Below, piece after piece: positions 1 to 10,542 of a stretch of DNA of 64,000 nt (position 1 is the first letter of the stretch; every line of letters begins with the position of its first letter). The DNA lies in contig CAWIBO010000005.1 of the NCBI GenBank assembly GCA_963834385.1, forward strand, positions 704,001 through 768,000, written 5' to 3'. The notes below the pieces were generated by a model, which ran no database searches, was not told the origin of the DNA, and saw only the letters and a program-made list of their open reading frames with translations. Source of the stretch: an uncultured Verrucomicrobiae bacterium (GTDB lineage Bacteria; Verrucomicrobiota; Verrucomicrobiia; Chthoniobacterales; UBA10450). Position numbers and translations under genes: made by a program.

Positions 1-612
1 ACGCAGCTCCTCCTCGCTGTGCGCCAGTTCGTGTTCGCCCACCGGTTCAAGCCGGAAAAGATATTTCAGGATCTTGTTGGCCGTGCCGTTGAGGAACCAG
101 ATCGCGGGCTTGAAAACGACGTAGAACGCGCCCAGCGGCCGGCTGACCCAAAGGGTGGTCGCGACCGATTTGCGAATCGCGAGCGATTTGGGCGCCAGCT
201 CGCCCAGGACGATGTGCAGGATCGTGATGATCCCGAAGGCGAGGGCAAACGAGGTTCCATGGATGACGGTGGGCGAATCCACCCCCGCCCAGAGAAAGGC
301 CGGCTCGATCATGCGGGCGAGGAACGGCTCGCCCACCCACCCGAGTCCCAGGCTGGCGAGGGTGATGCCGAGCTGGGTGGCCGAGAGATACGCATCGAGG
401 TGGGCGGTGACGTGCCGGGCGAAAACGGCACGCTTCACGCCCTGGTCGATCAAGGCCTCGAGCTGGCTGGTCCGCACTTTGACGATGGCGAACTCGGCCG
501 CGACGAAAAAGCCGTTCAGGAAGACCAGCAGGGCAATCACTGCCAGCTTTAGCAGGATGATCTCAGGCGCATCCCAGCTTTCCATGGGAGCCGCCACGAC
601 AGCGAAATTCAT
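1..612 (-). CDS. HlyC/CorC (hemolysin/CNNM, DUF21) family membrane protein, 5' part; runs off window
   Basis: Manual translation from ATG at 612: MNFAVVAAPMESWDAPEIILLKLAVIALLVFLNGFFVAAEFAIVKVR...LHIVLGELAPKSLAIR...SEEELR, the DUF21 signature. Not in the ORF track because there is no stop in the window. Confidence 0.9.
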   Translation of the reverse strand, partial: MNFAVVAAPMESWDAPEIILLKLAVIALLVFLNGFFVAAEFAIVKVRTSQLEALIDQGVKRAVFARHVTAHLDAYLSATQLGITLASLGLGWVGEPFLARMIEPAFLWAGVDSPTVIHGTSFALAFGIITILHIVLGELAPKSLAIRKSVATTLWVSRPLGAFYVVFKPAIWFLNGTANKILKYLFRLEPVGEHELAHSEEELR

Positions 613-667
613 GGGAATAATATCCCGCGGCCGCGCAACGCCGAAGCGTCCGCCAACCGGGGCGAGC

Positions 668-937
668 CTACCAGCTCGACTTTGTCACGCCCGGGATGAG
701 TCCCGCCGAGGCCAGCTCGCGGAAGGTCAGGCGCGAAATCTTGAAACGGCGGATGAAAGCGCGCCGGCGACCGCTCACTTCGCAACGGTTGACCACCCGG
801 GTGGGGCTGGCATTGCGCGGGAGCTGGGAGAGCGCGGCGTAGTCTTTCTTCGCCTTAAGTTCCGCCCGGAGCGCGGCATATTTCTGCACGGTGGCCCGTT
901 TGCGCTCGTTGCGGTTGATCCAGGAAGTTTTCGCCAT
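668..937 (-). CDS. rpsN: 30S ribosomal protein S14, 89-aa zinc-independent (C-) form
   Basis: MAKTSWINRNERKR...LPRNASPTRVVNRCEVSGRRRAFIRRFKISRLTFRELASAGLIPGVTKSSW; only one Cys. Confidence 0.97.
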   Translation of the reverse strand: MAKTSWINRNERKRATVQKYAALRAELKAKKDYAALSQLPRNASPTRVVNRCEVSGRRRAFIRRFKISRLTFRELASAGLIPGVTKSSW

Positions 938-946
938 AAGGAGCGC

Positions 947-965
947 GGAAGTTATACAAACTTCC
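947..965. promoter_or_regulatory. 7-5-7 inverted repeat overlapping the putative rpsN -10 box (candidate operator)
   Basis: GGAAGTT-ATACA-AACTTCC; minus strand reads TTGCAA-N16-TAACTT upstream of the rpsN ATG. Confidence 0.35.
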
Positions 966-1044
966 CGGCATTGCAAATGGTTTTCCCGGCGTCACCCGGG
1001 ACGGGGACTTGAGCCGGCCCGGCCGCCGCGGAGAATACCCCTCC

Positions 1045-1839
1045 ATGCTGCCCCTCGCCCGCACCTTGCCGCCCGCCTCCGCCCCGGAGCTCCGCGACGC
1101 CCTCGAGGAGGGACTGCGCCGCCTTTTCTCCCGCGACGGCGACCTGGTCTCGGTGACCGGGGGCACCTTCCCCGGGCTGGAGACCCTTTCCCTCAACCTC
1201 GACGGAGCGCAACTCCGCCCGGACGTCCCCCGCCCGCCCGCCCTGCAGCCTGGCGGGCCGACCATTTCCGTCCGCGCCTTCCTTCTCCATGGCCGTCCGT
1301 TGCAGGTGCAGGGCGCGCCTATCGACCTCCGCCTCGAGGCGCAGGACGTGGTCTTTCGCTGCGCGGCGGACCGCGCCGGGCAACTCTTTCTGCAACTGGA
1401 GCGCGCCTCACAGGGCGAACTCGCCGCGGCGGTCGCCGTGGGTGACCTGGAGCGGCTGATCTTTGAGCGGGCGCGTCACGAGGCCTCGCGCCATGGCGTC
1501 ACCATTGAGTCCGTCGCGCTCTCTCTCCAGTCGAGCGGCCCGCGCGCCCTCGAGATCGCCGCGGAGGTCAAAGCCCGCAAAATGTTCCTCAGCGCCCGGC
1601 TTCGCCTGCTCGGAAGCGTCTCAGTTGACCAGGATCTCAACGCCCACGTCCGCGGCCTCCGTTGCGAGGGCACCGGCGCCATCGCCGCGCTCGCCTGCAG
1701 CGTGCTTGATCCCCATCTGCAACGGGTCAATGGCCGCGCCTTTTCCCTCCTGGCCCTGCCGCTGGGCGACATTCGCCTGCGCGACATCAGCCTGGCCCTG
1801 GACGACCGCATCGAGGTTCGCGCCCTCTTCAGCGCCTGA
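1045..1839 (+). CDS. hypothetical protein
   Basis: Long ORF with host-like codon usage; ATG at 1045 (MLPLARTLPP). Confidence 0.7.
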   Translation: MLPLARTLPPASAPELRDALEEGLRRLFSRDGDLVSVTGGTFPGLETLSLNLDGAQLRPDVPRPPALQPGGPTISVRAFLLHGRPLQVQGAPIDLRLEAQDVVFRCAADRAGQLFLQLERASQGELAAAVAVGDLERLIFERARHEASRHGVTIESVALSLQSSGPRALEIAAEVKARKMFLSARLRLLGSVSVDQDLNAHVRGLRCEGTGAIAALACSVLDPHLQRVNGRAFSLLALPLGDIRLRDISLALDDRIEVRALFSA

Positions 1840-1848
1840 CTGCCCGCG

Positions 1849-2319
1849 CTACTGAGGCGGGAGATAGTAGCGAAGATTGATCTCTTCAACCAGCCAGCGG
1901 CCGCTGTGCTGGGTCACGGTCAGGTCGAGGTAGGCCGGCATTCCCGGGTAGTTAAGCTGCGCCTTGTAAACGCCCACGGGGGAGAAGAAACCGGAGGTGA
2001 ACCGGACCTCGCCCGTCACTTCCACCGGGGTCATCGGTGTGCCGAACGACTTGAGCCGCTCCATCATGCGTTCGCGCCAGACGGGGGGATGCGCCACCTG
2101 GGCGCGCGGGCTCAGGCGCTGGTCGAGAAACTTGCGGTCGTGCTGGACGGCAACCCTCGTCGCCATTTCCTGCACAAAATCGCGGGAACCCTCGCGCGCG
2201 CTGGCCCGCGAGGAATGCAGGAGCCAGTAGCCTCCGCCGGCGATGGCCAGAAGGATGACAAGGAGAAAAACGATCTGGCCGCTTTCCCTGGTCCTCCCCG
2301 GCCCGGAAGGTAAATGCAT
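1849..2319 (-). CDS. hypothetical membrane-anchored protein
   Basis: MHLPSGPGRTRESGQIVFLLVILLAIAGGGYWLL; single N-terminal TM; follows gltA. Confidence 0.7.
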   Translation of the reverse strand: MHLPSGPGRTRESGQIVFLLVILLAIAGGGYWLLHSSRASAREGSRDFVQEMATRVAVQHDRKFLDQRLSPRAQVAHPPVWRERMMERLKSFGTPMTPVEVTGEVRFTSGFFSPVGVYKAQLNYPGMPAYLDLTVTQHSGRWLVEEINLRYYLPPQ

Positions 2320-2330
2320 GCCGACGTTTT

Positions 2331-3455
2331 CTACGGGCGCTGGTCGATCGGCAAGACTTTCTTTCCCACCGGTTCGCCCGTGTATTCGCTCAACGGGCGG
2401 AAAAGACGGTTGTCTTCGAGCTGCTCGAGAACATGCGCGCACCAGCCCGAGCACCGGGCAATGGCGAATACCGGCGTGAAAAGGTCGGTCGGAATCCCCA
2501 GCGAATAATAGACCGTGGCCGAGTAGAAATCGACGTTGGCGTTCAGGTTCTTCTTCTCCTTCATGAGCTGCGCGATTCGCTCCGACATCCGGATCCATTT
2601 CGGATCGCCCAGTTTCTCGCTCAGCTTGACCGCCATCCGCTGCAGATGCGGGGCCCGCGGGTCGAGCGTCCGATACACCCGGTGCCCGATGCCCATGATC
2701 TTCTTCTTCTGCGCCAGCTGTTCCTCGATGTAGGCATCGACCCGGTCCTCGCTCCCGATTTCCTCCAGCATTTGGATGACGCCTTCATTGGCGCCGCCGT
2801 GCAACGGACCTTTCAGGGTGCCGATGGCGGAAGTGATGGCGGAGTAAATGTCGGAGAGAGTGGAGGTGGTCACCCGCGCGCTGAAGGTGGAGGCGTTCGT
2901 GCCATGGTCGGCATGCAGGACATAAGCCACATCAAGAGTGTCAGCCGCTTCCCTGGTCGGTTCCTCCCCGCTCATGAGGTAGAGGAAATGGGCGGCGGAT
3001 CCGAGATCGGTCCGGACGGGAGGCAGCGATTTGCCGGTGCGAGCCCGGTGAAAGTAGGCGGCGATCACGCCGATCTTGGCCGTGATGCTGCGGGCGCGCT
3101 TCCTGTTGATCTCGGGGGTGATTTCCCGGCCGTGATCGGGGTCATAAAGCGCCAGCATGGAGACACCCGTGCGGATGACATCCATGGGCGGGGCGTCTTT
3201 CGGGGCCGCCTTCAGGAAATCGATCACTCCCTGCGGCAGCTCGCGCTGGGCGCGCAAACTGGTGGTGCAATCATCCAGCTCGGCCTGGTTGGGGAGCTTG
3301 TTGTTCCAGAGCAGGTAAAGCGTTTCCTCGAAGCTGACCTTCCCGGCGAGCTCGTTGATATCGTAGCCACAGTAAATCAGCTGGCCTTTGTCCCCGATGA
3401 CGTCACTCAGCCGGGTTTCGTTCGCGACAATGCCTTCCAGGCCCCGTGAAATCAT
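2331..3455 (-). CDS. gltA: citrate synthase
   Basis: [45 protein letters not shown] motifs; ATGA overlap with the sucD stop. Confidence 0.96.
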   Translation of the reverse strand: MISRGLEGIVANETRLSDVIGDKGQLIYCGYDINELAGKVSFEETLYLLWNNKLPNQAELDDCTTSLRAQRELPQGVIDFLKAAPKDAPPMDVIRTGVSMLALYDPDHGREITPEINRKRARSITAKIGVIAAYFHRARTGKSLPPVRTDLGSAAHFLYLMSGEEPTREAADTLDVAYVLHADHGTNASTFSARVTTSTLSDIYSAITSAIGTLKGPLHGGANEGVIQMLEEIGSEDRVDAYIEEQLAQKKKIMGIGHRVYRTLDPRAPHLQRMAVKLSEKLGDPKWIRMSERIAQLMKEKKNLNANVDFYSATVYYSLGIPTDLFTPVFAIARCSGWCAHVLEQLEDNRLFRPLSEYTGEPVGKKVLPIDQRP

Positions 3456-4339
3456 TTTGCTTTCCCTTTCGGCAGGCGCGCGATGAGCGTCTCCGCCATC
3501 GTGGCCGGTGTTTCCGCCACCGCAATCCCCGCTTTCCTGAGGGCCTCGATCTTCCCCGCCGCCGTCCCCTTCCCCCCGGAGACGATCGCTCCGGCATGCC
3601 CCATGCGACGGCCGGGCGGGGCCGTGGCCCCGGCAATGAAGGCCGCCACCGGTTTCCGGCAATTTGCCTGGATCCACTCAGCGGCCTCCTCCTCGGCGCT
3701 GCCCCCGATCTCGCCGATCAGGATCATTGCCTCGGTCTCCGGGTCGTCGTTGAAAAGTTTCACCGCATCGAGGTGCGACATGCCGTTGATCGGATCGCCC
3801 CCGATGCCGATGCAGGTCGACTGCCCGTAGCCGCGCGAGGTCAACTGCCAGACCGCCTCGTAGGTCAGGGTGCCGGAACGTGAAATGACGCCGACGTTCC
3901 CCGGCTGGTGAATGTAGCCGGGCATGATCCCGATCTTGCAGGCGCCGGGCGTGATGATGCCCGGACAGTTCGGCCCAATCAGCCGGCTCTTCTTCCCCGC
4001 CATCTGCGCCTTCACCCGCATCATGTCCATGACCGGGATGCCTTCGGTGATGCAGATGACCAGCTCGACTCCTGCGTCCACCGCCTCGAGGATGCTGTCG
4101 GCCGCGCCGGCCGCGGGCACGAAAATCACGGAAACATTGCAGCCGGTTTCCCGGCGTGCTTCCGCCATGGTGTCGAAGACCGGCACTTTGCTGTCAAACT
4201 TCTGGCCGCCTTTGCCCGGCGTCACCCCTGCGACAACGTTCGTGCCGTATTCCATGCATTGCCGGGCGTGAAAGCCTCCGGCGCTGCCGGTGATCCCCTG
4301 CACGCAGAGCCTGGTGTTCTGATCGACGAGAATGGACAT
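3452..4339 (-). CDS. sucD: succinyl-CoA ligase alpha subunit
   Basis: [40 protein letters not shown]. Confidence 0.98.
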   Translation of the reverse strand: MSILVDQNTRLCVQGITGSAGGFHARQCMEYGTNVVAGVTPGKGGQKFDSKVPVFDTMAEARRETGCNVSVIFVPAAGAADSILEAVDAGVELVICITEGIPVMDMMRVKAQMAGKKSRLIGPNCPGIITPGACKIGIMPGYIHQPGNVGVISRSGTLTYEAVWQLTSRGYGQSTCIGIGGDPINGMSHLDAVKLFNDDPETEAMILIGEIGGSAEEEAAEWIQANCRKPVAAFIAGATAPPGRRMGHAGAIVSGGKGTAAGKIEALRKAGIAVAETPATMAETLIARLPKGKAK

Positions 4340-4344
4340 GCTAG

Positions 4345-4379
4345 GAATGACGAGGGACGAATGACGGATGACGAATGAC
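4345..4379. repeat. heptamer tandem repeat (GAATGAC)x5, degenerate
   Basis: gaatgac gagggac gaatgac ggatgac gaatgac immediately upstream of sucD. Confidence 0.85.
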
Positions 4380-4429
4380 CGCGGAGTCGTTGCTCCTGCC
4401 TGCACGGGCTGGTCGTGGAAGTTGTCTGA

Positions 4430-4795
4430 TCATGTGGAACTGATCGTTTTGCGCTGGTGCAACATCAGCTTGTTGCCGTCCGGGTCGCGGAACTGGGCCA
4501 TCCAGCAGATGGGCGTCTCTGTTTTCTCCATCTCGAAGGAGACTCCGCGTTCGTTGAGCCGGCTGATGGCGGCGTCGATCGTCTCCACCTCGAAGGCGAC
4601 GGTGGTGCCGTCGCGCGACGGTTCCCAGCCCGGCCAGCAGCCGACGCCGATGGTGGTCCCACCAAGATCATACTCCACCCAGGCCCCTTCCATGGCCGTA
4701 AGGGACGGCTTCAGTTCCAGCGTTTCCTGGTAAAATTTCCGGGCCCGCTCTCGGTCGGAGACGGCAATCGCCACAAAGGCCACTTCGCTGATCAT
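4430..4795 (-). CDS. VOC/glyoxalase family protein
   Basis: [22 protein letters not shown]...[11 protein letters not shown]. Confidence 0.9.
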   Translation of the reverse strand: MISEVAFVAIAVSDRERARKFYQETLELKPSLTAMEGAWVEYDLGGTTIGVGCWPGWEPSRDGTTVAFEVETIDAAISRLNERGVSFEMEKTETPICWMAQFRDPDGNKLMLHQRKTISST

Positions 4796-5982
4796 TTTCC
4801 TTCCTCCGCCGCCCGGACCGCTTTTTGCGCGGCATCCGCCAGGTCGTCCGCGGTGGTCACGGCCAGTCCTGAGTCCGCGATGATCTTTTTGCCCGCCTCG
4901 ACGTTCGTGCCCTCGAGCCGGACCACCAGCGGAACGGGCAGCCGGACTTTCTTGACCGCGTTGACGATCCCCTGGGCAATGACGTCGCACCGCATAATGC
5001 CGCCGAAAATATTGACCAGGATGGCTTTCACGTTTTCGTCCGAGACCAGGAGCTGGAACGCTTCGGTCACCTGCTCTTCCGTGGCGCCGCCCCCGACATC
5101 GAGGAAATTGGCGGGGCTGCCGCCGTAGAACTTGATGATGTCCATCGTGGCCATGGCCAGGCCGGCCCCATTGACCAGGCAGGCAATGTTTCCGTCGAGG
5201 CCGATGTAGTTCAGCCCATGCCGCGAGGCCTCGACTTCGCGCGGATCTTCCTCCGCCGTGTCGCGCAACGCCGCCACTTCCGGATGCCGGTAAAGAGCGT
5301 TGTCATCGAAGGTGAATTTGGCATCGAGCGCCAGCACTTCGCCCTCCTTCGTTACCACCAGCGGATTCACCTCCACCATGGAGCAATCAAGCCCGAGGAA
5401 GGTACGATAAAGGCCGTCAAAAAGTTTCGCCGCCGCCTTGATCTGCCCGGACTCGAAACCGAGTTGCCGCGCCAGCTTCCGTGCCTGGTAGGGCTGCAGA
5501 CCGGCCAGCCGATCAACCGGTTCACGCATGATTTTTTCCGGCGATTTTTCCGCCACCGCCTCGATCTCCACGCCCCCCTCGGTGCTGGCCACGATGAGCG
5601 GCGCGGCCGTGGCGCGGTCGAGCAGGATGGCAAAATAAATCTCGCGCGCGATTTCGACCGACCGGGCCACCAGCACCTTGTTCACCGTCCGGCCCTGCGG
5701 ACCGGTCTGGTGCGTCACCAGTGTCTGGCCCAGCATTTTTCCGGCAATCTCGCCGGCCTGCGCCGGCGCCTGGCAAAGATGCACGCCCCCTTTGAAACCA
5801 TTCTGGAAGGTCCCCTTCCCGCGGCCGCCCGCGTGGATCTGCGCCTTCACCACCAGGTCGTTTGTCCCCAGTTCGCGCGCCACCGCTTCCGCTTCCGCGG
5901 CGCTGGTGGCAGCCTTCCCCGGCGGGGTCGCCACACCGAACTTCTGCAGAAGTTCCTTGGCCTGGTATTCGTGAATGTTCAT
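4792..5982 (-). CDS. sucC: succinyl-CoA ligase beta subunit
   Basis: [44 protein letters not shown]. Confidence 0.98.
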   Translation of the reverse strand: MNIHEYQAKELLQKFGVATPPGKAATSAAEAEAVARELGTNDLVVKAQIHAGGRGKGTFQNGFKGGVHLCQAPAQAGEIAGKMLGQTLVTHQTGPQGRTVNKVLVARSVEIAREIYFAILLDRATAAPLIVASTEGGVEIEAVAEKSPEKIMREPVDRLAGLQPYQARKLARQLGFESGQIKAAAKLFDGLYRTFLGLDCSMVEVNPLVVTKEGEVLALDAKFTFDDNALYRHPEVAALRDTAEEDPREVEASRHGLNYIGLDGNIACLVNGAGLAMATMDIIKFYGGSPANFLDVGGGATEEQVTEAFQLLVSDENVKAILVNIFGGIMRCDVIAQGIVNAVKKVRLPVPLVVRLEGTNVEAGKKIIADSGLAVTTADDLADAAQKAVRAAEEGK

Positions 5983-6059
5983 GCGCGACGCGGTAAAGGC
6001 AGCGCAGCACTAAGCCTTCGAACCGCAAAGGCGGCAATCGTTTTTCTTCCGCGCGCTTT

Positions 6060-6362
6060 TCAGGCGGGCACCAGCTCAGGATGCGCCACCGGCATTTCCG
6101 CCTCCGCTTCCTCTTCGGTGGTCGAGAGCGGCGCGAAACGCTCGGCGCGAAAGCCGCGCTCGATCCCGTGGGCATTGAGCGGGCCGCGAATCTCGATCAG
6201 GTAAACCGCCACCTCCCCCTCCTCTCCGGTCAGGCCCACGCCGGGCACGATGTCCCGGATGATGTAAGTCTGCCCCTCCTTCGGGAGCTCGGCGTAGAGC
6301 TGCTCGATCCCGAGCGGAAATTTTCCGTCGATGCAAACCACTTTCTGGTTCGGAAGGAACAT
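6060..6362 (-). CDS. hypothetical protein (100 aa)
   Basis: Clean ORF (KVVCIDGKFP...ERGFRAERFAPL) upstream of sucC. Confidence 0.7.
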   Translation of the reverse strand: MFLPNQKVVCIDGKFPLGIEQLYAELPKEGQTYIIRDIVPGVGLTGEEGEVAVYLIEIRGPLNAHGIERGFRAERFAPLSTTEEEAEAEMPVAHPELVPA

Positions 6363-6493
6363 CCCGGCAAGATAGCCGCCGGCCCGCCGCCATCAAACGC
6401 GGAACGCTCCGCCGCGGGCTCCGGAATTGTGCGCCGCGCCACCGGGCGCGGCAAAAGCCTTGCAATGCCCGGCCGCTCGGGAACTTTCTCGGC

Positions 6494-8458
6494 ATGTTCT
6501 CCGGGCGACACGAATTGGAAAAAGCCGCCGCGGCAGGAAGACTTCTGCCCGAGAGCCTCCGCAACATCGACTTTTTTCTGGAAGCGACGGGCGACGGCCC
6601 TGAGCGGCGCGCGGTGGAGGAGCTCGTCGCGCAGGAGAATTGGGATGAGCTGAACGATCGCTTTTACAAGACGCTCGCCTTCGGCACCGGTGGCCTGCGC
6701 GGACGCACCATCGGCAAAATCGTGACCCGCGCGGAACGGGGCGCTGCGGCACAGGACCAGCCCCCGCAGTTCCCCTGCGCCGGCACGAATGCGATGAATT
6801 TTTTCAACATCCGCCGCGCCACCCGCGGCCTGGTCGAGTACGTGCTGGACTGGCGGGCGCGGAACCCGCCCGGCCCGGGCCGGCCGCTCATCGTGATCGC
6901 GCACGACACCCGCCATTTCTCCCGCGCCTTTGCCGAAATGGCTGCGCAGGTGGCACTCGAGCAGGGCTGTGATGCCGCCCTTTTCGACGGGCCGCGTTCC
7001 ACGCCCGAACTTTCCTTTGCCGTCCGCCATCTTGGGGCTGACGCCGGCGTCGTCATCACCGCGAGCCACAACCCGCCACATGACAACGGCTACAAGGTCT
7101 ATTTCAACGACGGCGCCCAGGTGGTTGAGCCTCACGCGAGCGGCATCATTGCCCGGGTCAACGCCGCCGGCAGCGGCGCGCCCGCCGCCGGCTCCGGGCG
7201 CGGCGAGTTGAAAAATCTCGGCGAAGAGATCGACCGCGCCTATCTCGAGAGACTGGAGACGTTGATCCTGGATCGCGAGGTGGTGCGCGCCGCCTCGTCG
7301 CTCCGGATCATCTTCACGCCGATCCACGGCACCGGTGGCGTTATCATCAAACCGCTGCTCCGGCGGGCCGGCTTCGATTTCAAGGTGGTGCCCGAACAGG
7401 ACGGATTCGACGGGGACTTCCCCACGGTCAAGTCGCCCAATCCCGAGAACGCCGAGGCGCTCTCCCTCGCCCTTGCCCTGGCCGACCGCGAGAAAGCCGA
7501 CCTGGTGGTCGCGACCGACCCGGACTGCGATCGCATGGGCGTGGCCGTGCGCGATGCCGCCGGCCGCATGCAACTTCTGACGGGAAACCAGATCGGGTCG
7601 CTCATGGCCTGGTATCGCGCGCGCACCCTTTTCGCGCAGGGCGTCTTGAACCGCGACAACGCGAAGCGCGGCGTCATCATCAAGACGTTTGTCACGACCG
7701 ACCTGCAAAAGGCGATCGCGGAGCATTTCGGGCTTCGCTGTGTCGAGACGCTCACCGGGTTCAAGTACATCGGCGCCAAACTTGGCCAGTACGAGCAGGC
7801 TCTCGGCGGCGGGGCCGACTACCGCACGTTGTCGGAAGCGGAGACCCGCCGGCTCCGGCTGGAGAAATCGAGCTTTTATGTTTTTGGAGGCGAGGAAAGC
7901 TACGGTTATAGCGGGGGCGATTTTGTGCGCGACAAGGATGGAAACGGCGCCACCCTCATGTTCTGCGAAGTGGCCGCCTACGCCCTGAGCGAGGGTCTGA
8001 CGGTGGATGCTCTCCTCGACCGGATCTATTGCGAGCTCGGCTATTACACGGAGAAGAATGGCGCCATGACCTTTGAAGGCGCGGAGGGCGCCGATAAAAT
8101 CCGGCGCCTCGTGGAATCGTACGTGACCGCGCCGCCGGCGGAGATGGCGGGCACGGCCGTGCGCGGGGTGCGCGATTTCGCGCGCGAAACCATCCGGGAC
8201 GTCGAAGGGGACGAAATTCCGAAGGAGAAGATGCTGATCTTTACGCTGGCGGATGAAACACGCATCGCGGTGCGCGCTTCCGGAACGGAACCGAAGATCA
8301 AATATTACCTGTTTGCGCAGAAGCGCCCGGAGCAGGGAAGGTTTTCGGCGGAGGAGCTGGAAGAAGTGAGGAAAACGATCGCCGCGCGGCTGGACCAGCT
8401 TTGGACCTGGCTGCAGAAGGACGCGCACGCCCGGCTGGGCGCGGAAAAGGCTGCCTGA
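6494..8458 (+). CDS. pgm: phosphoglucomutase/phosphomannomutase family protein
   Basis: FGTGGLRG, TASHNP, DPDCDR, GEESYG, RASGTEPKIK. Confidence 0.93.
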   Translation: MFSGRHELEKAAAAGRLLPESLRNIDFFLEATGDGPERRAVEELVAQENWDELNDRFYKTLAFGTGGLRGRTIGKIVTRAERGAAAQDQPPQFPCAGTNAMNFFNIRRATRGLVEYVLDWRARNPPGPGRPLIVIAHDTRHFSRAFAEMAAQVALEQGCDAALFDGPRSTPELSFAVRHLGADAGVVITASHNPPHDNGYKVYFNDGAQVVEPHASGIIARVNAAGSGAPAAGSGRGELKNLGEEIDRAYLERLETLILDREVVRAASSLRIIFTPIHGTGGVIIKPLLRRAGFDFKVVPEQDGFDGDFPTVKSPNPENAEALSLALALADREKADLVVATDPDCDRMGVAVRDAAGRMQLLTGNQIGSLMAWYRARTLFAQGVLNRDNAKRGVIIKTFVTTDLQKAIAEHFGLRCVETLTGFKYIGAKLGQYEQALGGGADYRTLSEAETRRLRLEKSSFYVFGGEESYGYSGGDFVRDKDGNGATLMFCEVAAYALSEGLTVDALLDRIYCELGYYTEKNGAMTFEGAEGADKIRRLVESYVTAPPAEMAGTAVRGVRDFARETIRDVEGDEIPKEKMLIFTLADETRIAVRASGTEPKIKYYLFAQKRPEQGRFSAEELEEVRKTIAARLDQLWTWLQKDAHARLGAEKAA

Positions 8459-8464
8459 CCCGCC

Positions 8465-8773
8465 ATGGAACGCGAAATCAAGCTGAGCGGGAGTGAAATC
8501 TCCGTCCTGAAAACCCTGGGAACGTCCGGTTCCCAGATGTACGGCGGGATCATGCTCGACCGGCTCAAGGAAATGCTGCCGTCCGAGTTGATCGACACGC
8601 TCGGCGGATTGATGGCGGAGGGATACGTCCTCTCCAACCGGGTGAACATTCGGCGCATCGAGGAGGTGGAAACCGCCTTTTTCCGGGTCAATCCCGCCGA
8701 AGCCAAGGACCTGCGGCGCGCGCTGCGGCCGGGCAAACGCGAGAAGGAACGCCGGCGTCCCCGCCGCGGCTGA
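8465..8773 (+). CDS. hypothetical protein, possibly winged-helix
   Basis: ORF tightly packed between pgm and lnt. Confidence 0.7.
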   Translation: MEREIKLSGSEISVLKTLGTSGSQMYGGIMLDRLKEMLPSELIDTLGGLMAEGYVLSNRVNIRRIEEVETAFFRVNPAEAKDLRRALRPGKREKERRRPRRG

Positions 8774-8776
8774 CAC

Positions 8777-10465
8777 GTGGAACGTTCCTGGAAATTTCTG
8801 CGGCTCTGGCCGTGGCCCGCGGCGGTTGCCACCGGGCTTCTGCTCGCCGCCTGCTTCCCCCCTTTCAACCAGAGCTGGCTGGCCTGGTTTGCCCTCGGGC
8901 CGCTTCTCGCCGCCATCTGGTTCTCGGATCCCAACCCGCGCCGCCGTCCGCTGCGCAATCTTCTTCTCGGCTACGTGGCTGGGCTCTCCTTTTTCTGGAC
9001 CGTTTTTTCGTGGCTCACCACCGTGACCGTCCCCGGCTGGTTCCTGCTCCAGTTCTACATGGCGATCTATTTCGCCTTCTTCGGCTGGTTTGCCGGCCTG
9101 CTCGCCCCGGTCCCGCGCAAACCGGCGCGCCCGGGCTGGGCCCGGGTGGAGGCGCCGACGCCTGATGATCCGGCAACGGCCGAGCTGCGCCGGTCACCGT
9201 GGCTCAGTTCGCTGGCCAATCTGCGCCTCGCCCTTCTTATCGCCGCCGGCTGGGTCGCGCACGAGTGGGTGCGAAGCTGGTTCTTCACCGGCTGGGGCTG
9301 GAATACGCTCGGCTCCGCCCTGCACGAGAACATCACCCTCATCCAGATGGCGGAGTATACCGGCGTGGCCGGGCTCTCCTTCATCGTGGCCTTCGCCAAC
9401 GTCATCGCGCTCGCTTCCGTGCGCCGTTTCATCCTCGAGACCAAGGTCCGCCCGATGAAACCGCACTACGACCTGACCCTGACGGCGGCGGTCATCCTGG
9501 GCCTGTTCGGCTTCGGTTTGCGCGCGCTGCAGGAGCGTCCGCCCGCCCGCTCCCTCCGGGTCGCGCTGCTCCAGCCGAACGTGCCACGGGACGAGAAGTT
9601 CACGGTCGAGCACACGCAAAAAACCTTCGACCAGTTTACCCGGCTGACCGACCTGGCGGTGCAGGGGGCGGTCCCGCCCGACCTCGTGGTCTGGCCCGAG
9701 AGCGCCATGCCCGCCCCGGTCATGAACGACGAACAGAACCACGCTTTTGTCGTCGCCACCTCGAAGCGAATCGGCGTGGACCTTCTCCTCGGTTCGATTC
9801 ATGCCGACGAAAAGGGGGTATACAACGCGGCCCTCCTCGTCTCCAACGGCGGCCAGAACATCCAGCTCTACCGCAAGGTCCATCTCGTTCCCTTTGGCGA
9901 ATACGTTCCCGGCCGCCACACGCTTCCGCTGCTCGCCCGCATCATCGGCGATCAGGTGCCGTCCGATTTTGCCTTCGGCACCGAGCACACCAACTTCCGT
10001 CTGACCGGCCGGAACGTCCTGGTTGCGCCGCTCATCTGTTTCGAGGACACCATCGGCGAACTGACCCGGCAGTTCGTGCGCGGGGGCAGCACCCTCCTGG
10101 CCAACGTGACCAACGACGGCTGGTTCAAGGAGTCGGCCGGCTCGCGCCAGCACCTGGCCAATGCCGTCTTCCGCTGCGTGGAAACGCGGCGACCGATGGT
10201 GCGCTCGGCCAACACCGGTGTGACCTGTTTCATCGACATCTTCGGCCGGGTCACGCAGCAGCTCGTGGACGAGCACGGCAGCCAGTTCACCGAGGGAGTG
10301 CTCACCGGCGACGTCTCCGTCCCCCTCCAGGGCCGGACCACCTTTTATCTCAAGCATGGCGAGGTTTTCGCGCACGCTTGCGCCGCGCTGACCGGCGCCG
10401 TTCTCCTGCTGATCATCCCGTGGCGCTGGCTTACTCGGCGGGGCGCCACCGCGCCCTCGCCCTGA
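8777..10465 (+). CDS. lnt: apolipoprotein N-acyltransferase
   Basis: WPESA, RKVHLVPFGEY, ICFED, NDGWF, RSANTG plus N-terminal TMs. Confidence 0.96.
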   Translation: MERSWKFLRLWPWPAAVATGLLLAACFPPFNQSWLAWFALGPLLAAIWFSDPNPRRRPLRNLLLGYVAGLSFFWTVFSWLTTVTVPGWFLLQFYMAIYFAFFGWFAGLLAPVPRKPARPGWARVEAPTPDDPATAELRRSPWLSSLANLRLALLIAAGWVAHEWVRSWFFTGWGWNTLGSALHENITLIQMAEYTGVAGLSFIVAFANVIALASVRRFILETKVRPMKPHYDLTLTAAVILGLFGFGLRALQERPPARSLRVALLQPNVPRDEKFTVEHTQKTFDQFTRLTDLAVQGAVPPDLVVWPESAMPAPVMNDEQNHAFVVATSKRIGVDLLLGSIHADEKGVYNAALLVSNGGQNIQLYRKVHLVPFGEYVPGRHTLPLLARIIGDQVPSDFAFGTEHTNFRLTGRNVLVAPLICFEDTIGELTRQFVRGGSTLLANVTNDGWFKESAGSRQHLANAVFRCVETRRPMVRSANTGVTCFIDIFGRVTQQLVDEHGSQFTEGVLTGDVSVPLQGRTTFYLKHGEVFAHACAALTGAVLLLIIPWRWLTRRGATAPSP

Positions 10466-10542
10466 TCGTCTGGTCGCCCGCCCCAAAGGCAGAGAGGAAT
10501 TTTAGTCGCTCTCGCCCGACGCTTTGCGTTTAGATCGCCGGA

